From assembly GCA_963575745.1 (NCBI GenBank), contig CAUYUJ010000068.1:62001-118756 (forward strand): a stretch of 56,756 bases of DNA, in the 5' to 3' direction. This DNA is from Prorocentrum cordatum (Eukaryota). The notes below the pieces were generated by a model. It saw nothing but the letters and a program-made list of their open reading frames with translations. It was not told the DNA's origin and did not search any database. Position numbers and translations under genes: made by a program. The number at the start of each line of letters is the position of its first letter. Within the stretch, counting starts at the first letter, position 1. Positions 49,943 through 56,756 of the stretch are shown here, piece after piece.

Positions 49943-51409
49943 GAGACGGAATGAAGGAGGGGGAGGAGGGGGAGGAGGGGGAGGAGGAGGAGGAGAAGGA
50001 GGAGGAGGAGAAGGAGGAGGAGAAGGAGGAGGAGAGGAGGAGAGAGGAGGAGGAGGAGGAGGGAGGAGGAGGAGGAGGAGGAGGAAGAGGAAGAGGAAGA
50101 GAGGGGAGGAGAGCGAGGGGAGGAGGGGGAGAGGGAGGAGGGGGATACGGGAAGGAGGGGGCGGAAGGGGGGGAGGAGGAGGAGGAGGTGGAGGAGGAGC
50201 AGGAGGAGGTGGAGGAGGAGGAGGAGGAAGAGGAGTAGGTGTAGGAGGAGGAGGAGGAGGAGGGGGGGCGAGAAGCATCAAGGCCCGACCCCTGATCCGA
50301 TCCTCGAGCCCGGGAGGCGGAAGAGGGGCCCCTGCGCCCCCCGCAGGACGGGTCCCGCCGAGCCGCCGAGCGTCAGCCGAGGGCCGCCGAGGGGCCACCG
50401 AGGGCTGCCATCGGACGACGAAGGCCGCCGAGCGCCGCCGCTTGTCGAGGGCTGCCATCGGACGCCGAGGGCCCAGAGGCACACAAACAAGGGTATACAC
50501 ACAAATCCCAGGATCCCCCTCGTGTTTCTGTGTTTTCTTGGTGTTCGTCTTCCCCTCCGCTTCCCATCTTCTCCATAGTTTCACGGGAATCGACGTTTCT
50601 GTGTGTCTGTGGCCGGATCGTTGGCCGCCTCGATGTCTGGCGTTTTCCATGCGGGGTCCTCGAGGGACCCACGACCCCTTCCCCAAGGCAGCCCTTGCAT
50701 CTCGAGCTGCTTCCTGGCGGCCCCTGGGGGCCCCGCGAGCGCCCCCGGGGGCTGGCAACGACGAGGAGCCGCCGCGCTGCACTCTGTCAACGCCGCCGCT
50801 CGTTGGCCGCCTGAGGGCCAGGCCTCTGCGACCCCCGCAGGGCCCCCCAGTCCCTGTCCATAAGCCCGGGTCTGGAGGGCGCGGCAAGGAGGCCGTCGGG
50901 CCCAGGAGGCGGCCGCAGGGCGCCTGGCAGGCCGCCGCCGTCGCCGCCGCCGTCGTCGTCGTCGTCGTCCTCCTCCCTCCTCCCTCCTCCTTCTGCTCCC
51001 TCCTGCACCCTCCTCCTCCTCCTCCTCCTCCTCCTCCTCCTCCTCCTCGTCTTCCTCCTTGCTGCAACTCCCTCCCCCAGCCAGTCCTCCCTCTCCTCCT
51101 CCTCCTTTCCTCCTCCTTCTCCTCCTCTTCCTCCGCCTTCAACTCCTCCAACAGGCCGAGGGAGGGGAAGGAGGAGGAGCAGGAGGAGAAGGAGGAGGAG
51201 GAAAGGAGGATGAGGACGACGAAGATGAGGAAGGAGTTAACGTCATCGGCGTCGCCGCCGACGGCTGCCGCCGTGGTCGTCGCTGCCACGCCGTCGGCGG
51301 GCGTCCTGCTCCGTCAAGGATCTGGGCTGGAGGCCTTCTGGCGCTTGCGAGCAATCTGGAGACTTCAAAGATCTTGGTAGGGCCTCGAAAGGACCCTTCA
51401 AGACCTATG

Positions 51410-51998
51410 GGTGCCACCACATCACCATCGCCATCGTCGACATCGTAATCATCATGACCATCATCACCATCATCACTATCATCAGCATCATAGTTATCAT
51501 CGCCATCATCATCACCTCCCTCACCATCACCACTATCAGCATCAACAGCAACATGAGCATCACCATCAACATCAGCATCGTCACCAGCCTCATCACAGTC
51601 ATCAACATCACCACAACCTTCATCACCATCACCCTCCTCCTCCTCCTCATCATCATCCTCAACGCCATCATCTGCATGATCGGCATCATCATCACCACCA
51701 CCATTATCAACATATTCCTCGTCAGCATCATCGTCATTGTCATCACCACCATCAACATTATCATCATGATCAGCATCAGCATCACCACCCGTATCATCAT
51801 CAGCATCACCAGCATCATGAGCAACATCATCAGCATCGGCATCAGCATCAACAACGGCATCAACATCAACATCACCATCACCATCATCAACAACATGATC
51901 ACCCGCATCACGAGCATCATACTCATCAACATCACTATCGCCCGCACCATCTCCATCACCATCATCATCATCACCATAATCGTACTGAGCACCATCAC

Positions 51999-52041
<43 letters not shown>

Positions 52042-52489
52042 GTCACCATCATCATCAGTATACTTATTATCACCAGCAGCATCATCATCATCAGCACCAT
52101 CATTATCATCATCGTTATCGCCAACATCGTCAACACCAGGATCATCAACAACATCGTTCGCGACATTAACATTAACATCGGCATCCGCATCACTAACAAC
52201 ATCGCCATCCTCACCACCACCAACAACACCGCCATCACCATCAGACATCGGAGCCATCACCATCATCAACATCGTTTTCGTCATCACCGTTATACCCGTC
52301 ATACTCACCACCATCAGCACTACCATCACCATGCTCACCAACATCCTCAATACTACAAACATCGTCATATTCTCCAACACCGCACTCACCACGCGCACGA
52401 TCACCATCAACAGTATCGCCTCCACCACCATCAGCATCAGCATCAGCATCACCATCACCAGCATCAGCCTGTGCAGCATCAGCATCATT

Positions 52490-52558
<69 letters not shown>

Positions 52559-52560
52559 GC
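51410..52560. repeat. About 1.15-kb degenerate (CAT)n tract
   Basis: Seen directly. Confidence 0.95.
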
Positions 52561-54499
52561 CATGATGGTGCTCTTCGTCGCTACATCGCCACTGTTAGCA
52601 ACATCACCATCCCCGTCGCCAACACAAACACCGCCCCTGGCACCGTCATCATCATAAGATCAGCGTCTGGGTCGCCTCATCAGCATCATCATTGTTACCA
52701 TCATCGTTATACTCCGAACCCGCTCCAGCCATCTTTGCCAACCCATCATCGTCTCCATGCTCCTCAAAACCTGCCCCTCCTCGGACCAATATTTCCCTCC
52801 TCCAACTCCTCTGATACTAACATCCCAACTTGCCCCTCACAAACTCCTATGCCTTCTCCCGCTGGTCCTCCCCCTCATCCTCAACCTTCTCAGCACCCGC
52901 GCGGCGCCCTGGGAACTCGAGCGTGCCCACAACCACCCTGGACCGGGTGGAGGTGGGTGCAGCGAGTAGCACGTTGGGGTCCTGTCCACCCCAAGCCGAT
53001 GCACTGCACTCGGGTTCCCCCTCGCATCTCATGGTGGTCGGGGGATGCTGGAGGCTCATGGATGCGCACCACGTGGCACCGTATGTACAAAGGCACCATG
53101 CCTACTAGGGCCAGGTGACCCGCCTGGCCGTCGAGGGGGGGTCCAGAGTCCCCGACTTGCTGAGCAGGCGGGAGGCTTGTGTCGGGGCAATGGCCTACTT
53201 CTCTGAGCGTGGCGTTGTGCCGCGAGGGCGGCGCGGTGGTGCGTCGTCATGTGACGTATCGACTGCCGCGCTTGGAGAAGTTGCCGCGCCCGTCCCAGGC
53301 TGCGATCTCTGTTTGGTCGTGTTGCCGACCAGGTGCATGTCACTTGCAGTCGGACCTAGGCCAGATGAACATCTTTCAAGAGCATGAAGCCCTCCGTCGG
53401 CCAAACCAAACAGAACATCCAAGGACCCCCCCCCAGGATGCACAATAACATCCAACACACACACGAAGTACACTAAGGTACCCTCCCCGAACTGGCCTCG
53501 ATCTTATACCTTGGTCCGACTGTAAGTCATAGCTGCAAGATTTGAACCGTCCATTGAACCTAAGACCTGTGTTTGCTCCTCCGGCCCTCGATTCTTCCCC
53601 TGTGGTCCCCCCATCGGCCCTCTGCGCCTTCTTCGTCGTCGTCTTCCTCCTCCTCTTCCTCCTCCTCCTCCTCCTACTCCTCCTGCTCCTCCTGCTCCTC
53701 CTGCTCCTCCTCCTCCTCCTGCTCCTCCCCCTCCTCCCCCTCCTCCTCCTCCTCCTCCTCCTCCTCCTCCTCCTCCTGCTCTTCCTCCTCCCCCTCCTCC
53801 TCCTCCTCCTCCTCCTCCTCCTCCTCCTCCTCCTCCCCTTCTCCTCCTCGGGTCTTTTATGTTGTCTCGTCGGGCTTCCGCCTGAGTCCGCTTGCGTGTT
53901 GGCACCCGCTTCTACGCCCTCGGCCGCGCCTGGATAAACTCCTCCTCCCCCCCCTCCCCCATCTTCATCTGTTTCTGCCCCCTCCCCGGCCTTTCCCTCC
54001 CCCACCCCTGGGAGGAGGATGAGGAGGAGGAGTAGGAGGAGGAAGAAAAGGAGCAGCAGCAGGAAGACGACTGGGCAACTGCGCAACTCTCGCCTCTTTC
54101 TTCGGGTGGTACTGGGTGGCCCAGCGGAGTGAAGTCTTACGCCGATGCACAATGGGTTTCGCGCCTCCCCAGGGGATGCCAGCTGCGCGCTCATCGCCCC
54201 TTTCGTGAGCTCTTGGGAGATCCAGCGGAGCGCGGACATACGCACATCCGGACTAGATTCCTCGGCTCGTTGGGGACTGCCACCTGCGCAACGGTCGGCA
54301 CGTTCGCGGTGCCATGGGAGGTCCAGCGGAGTGGGAACATACACGCCTCCAGAATAGACTCCAACGCTCTTTGGGGGGCTCCCACGTTCGCAACTGTCGC
54401 CACTTTCGCTGGCTCTGGGGAGGTTGGCCGACGTCGACGTCGCTGGGTCGACCTCGATGTCGCATGGGTTGTGGTGCTTGCAAGTCCAAAGGTTCTTAC

Positions 54500-55600
54500 T
54501 TGTGTTTCGATGGGCTCGCCCTTCTGTTCGCGTGCTCCCGCGGGACAGACGAGCGAGCCCATCGAAACACAACCTCGCGCGTGCCCGTTGGTCGCTGTGT
54601 GTTCCGATGAAATCGCTCCAAATCCACGCGTTCGCTCGCGATTCCACGAGCGACGACTGCGGCGCCGACGACGGCCGCGGCGTCGCAAAGTTTATTCTAG
54701 CGCCAGCGCTCTGTGCTCCGATGGGCTCTCCTCCTCCTCCTCCTCCTCCTCCTCCTCCCCCTCCTCCTCCCCCTCCTCCTCCTCCTCCTACCCAGCCTCC
54801 CCCTCCTCCTCTTCCCCTCCTTCTCTGCGCCTCCTCCTCCTCCTCCTCCTCCTGCTCCTCCTCCACCTTTTTTCCCCCCCCCCCATATACACACACCCTC
54901 CTCCTGCTCCTCCTCCTCCTCCTCCTCCTCCTCCCCCTCCTCCTCCTCCTCCGCAAGCGCGAGCCCATCGGAGCGCATCGCTATACAAAGATGCGGCATG
55001 GATCCATCTGCGCTGCCCAGGTGCCGCGCCTCTGCGTTCGCGCTGGGCTCGCGCCTCTGCGCGTCGGCCCTGTGACAGGGCCGACGCGCAGGCGCGAGCC
55101 CATCGGAGCGCACCACTGATGCGTTATATGTATATATATATATATACACATTTATATATATACATATATATATATGTACACTCCAGATTTCGTAATCAAG
55201 GGAGGGGGGTCTCATTTCGGGGAGGGGTCTCTTCCGGGCTATCTTGGAGGACCTGGGGGGTCTGGGGACGATGTTTTGGAGGGTTCTCCCACGGGGGAGG
55301 TCTGAAATGGCTTGTCTTGGAGGGTCCAGACCCCCTCCCTTTTATTACGAAATCAGGAGTATACACAAGAAGAGAAATCGAATGGATCAATTTGCATCAA
55401 TACCGCGACTCTGCGTTCCGATGGGCTCGCGCTGGCGCAGCGGCCCCTGGCAGAGCCGACGCGCAAACGCGAGCCCTTCGGAACGCAGCTATCATGCGAC
55501 ATGGGGAGGGTCGATTCACACTTGTGACGCGCCCCTGCGTTCCGATGGACTCGCGCTCACGCGTGGACCCGCGCACAACCGACGCGCAAGCGCGAGCCCA
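54500..55600. repeat. Cluster of alternating-orientation GCGAGCCCATCGGA motifs, including a long hairpin at 55045-55101
   Basis: Motif and its reverse complement recur about 9 times; GGGCTCGCGCCT..TGCGCGTCGGCCCTGT / ACAGGGCCGACGCGCAGGCGCGAGCCC. Confidence 0.7.
55177..55363. mobile_element. TA-flanked MITE (Tc1/mariner-like) next to a (TA)n tract
   Basis: About 35-bp TIR TACACTCCAGATTTCGTAATCAAGGGAGGGGGGTCT / AGACCCCCTCCCTTTTATTACGAAATCAGGAGTATA. Confidence 0.7.
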
Positions 55601-56756
55601 GCGGACGACGACGACGACGACGCCGACGCCGACGACGACGACGACGATGGCGGCGGAGGCGGCGGCGGCGGCGCTCCAAAAAGTGGTCCCCAACTAGGGT
55701 GCCCTTTGACCAGAAAAGGTCGGGGGGGGCATCCAGCCGTGGCGGCGAGGAGACCCTCGGGCAAGAAGCAAGCTTGTTATCGCTCGGATGTGCATACAGT
55801 GGAGACCAGTCCACAAGAAACCTTCCACCGGAAACCCAACCCTGAGACTGCAGGAGGTCCATTGTTTCTTGGTGTGGGAACGCCACGCTCTCCGTAGCTA
55901 AACCATCGAAACCCAGGGCACCCTGAGAGGCAAACAGGGTGCTTCTTGGCATGGGCCCCCACTGTACCCCGTGCACCTTGTCGGCATCGTGCGCGTGCGC
56001 GTTCTTCTCGCAAGATGGTCGATCGGGGATGGACAGACCTCCCTTTAGTAAAACGTGGTTTAGTGAAAACGACCTCGGGCCCAAACCTGGCGGGCGCAAG
56101 CCTGGAAAATAACGGCCGCGGCGCCCTCTCGAGAACCGAAAACGGACAATTCACTAGTCGACGTGTCACTGTTGGGGGTTCTGTCCACCCCCGAGTCGAG
56201 GATAACATCCCCGACGGGCCAGCTGCTCCGGCGCTGGCCTGTCCGAGGAAGCTGCACACGTCCGAGCGAGGCCAGGCGAGAGACGTCGATCCTCGAATCC
56301 TCGAGCCTCGAGGTAACCTCGATCCTCGAATCCTCGAGCTAACCTCCACCCTCGAGCCTCGAACGACGCCGCCGGCGTCGAGGGCGCCTCTCAGACATCG
56401 GCCCCCAGAGCTCCGTCGGGGTGCGTTCTGACGAGGCTTCCGGAAAAAGAAATCCACGGGCTGAAACACGCCCACAAGCCTCGATCCTCAAACAACGACG
56501 ACGACGCTCAACGTGGACCCCACGACCTCTCTCTCCTGGGATGCGTTCTGGCCCGAATCCCGAGGAGAATCCAGACGTGGCGACGAGGAGGGCCCTAAGA
56601 TGCTAGCTGGCGTGGGCCCCAAGCAGTGTGTTTCTCACAATCGATGTTGTGCAATCTATGCTGTGCAATTTATGCTTTGCAGTGTCTGTCGTGCAATCTC
56701 TGTGGTGCAATTTATGTGGTGCAATTAATTTCTGTTCGCAGTGAGTTGTCTACTCC

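Noticed and set aside
43126..55697. Long ORFs of 450-570 aa in the track (also 22998-25133, 40626-42335)
   Set aside because: They are built from (GAG/CTC)n, (CAT)n and GC-rich repeats that lack stops, are open in several frames on both strands and show no domain motifs.

Overview
Repeat-dominated, GC-rich eukaryotic genomic DNA, most likely from a dinoflagellate. This is inferred from relics of the dinoflagellate spliced leader (SL) DCCGTAGCCATTTTGGCTCAAG, fragments of an HU-type dinoflagellate histone-like protein and AG|G splice junctions. Most long ORFs in the track are artefacts of microsatellites or low complexity. Supportable content: (1) a full-length but decayed 6.8-kb non-LTR retrotransposon on the minus strand (26190-33012). 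It has a 15-bp target-site duplication (TSD), a short A-tail, a RanBP2-type zinc-finger ORF1 and an APE-RT-CCHC-RNase H ORF2. Its first ~80 nt start with an SL-like sequence and can fold into a three-stem pseudoknot, which is the most interesting signal in the window. (2) A second ~5-kb, intronless, frameshifted, retroelement-like tract (1721-6738, minus) that also begins with an SL-like motif, and a 19/22 SL copy at 9654. (3) Exons of a GT11/alpha-1,2-fucosyltransferase-like gene (minus, ~13.3-20.3 kb). (4) Four decayed tandem copies of the DNA-binding-arm segment of a histone-like protein (45927-46265). (5) Many small inverted-repeat (MITE-like) families, a 90-bp satellite nested in one of them, and large microsatellites. 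No rRNA, tRNA or CRISPR array is supported.
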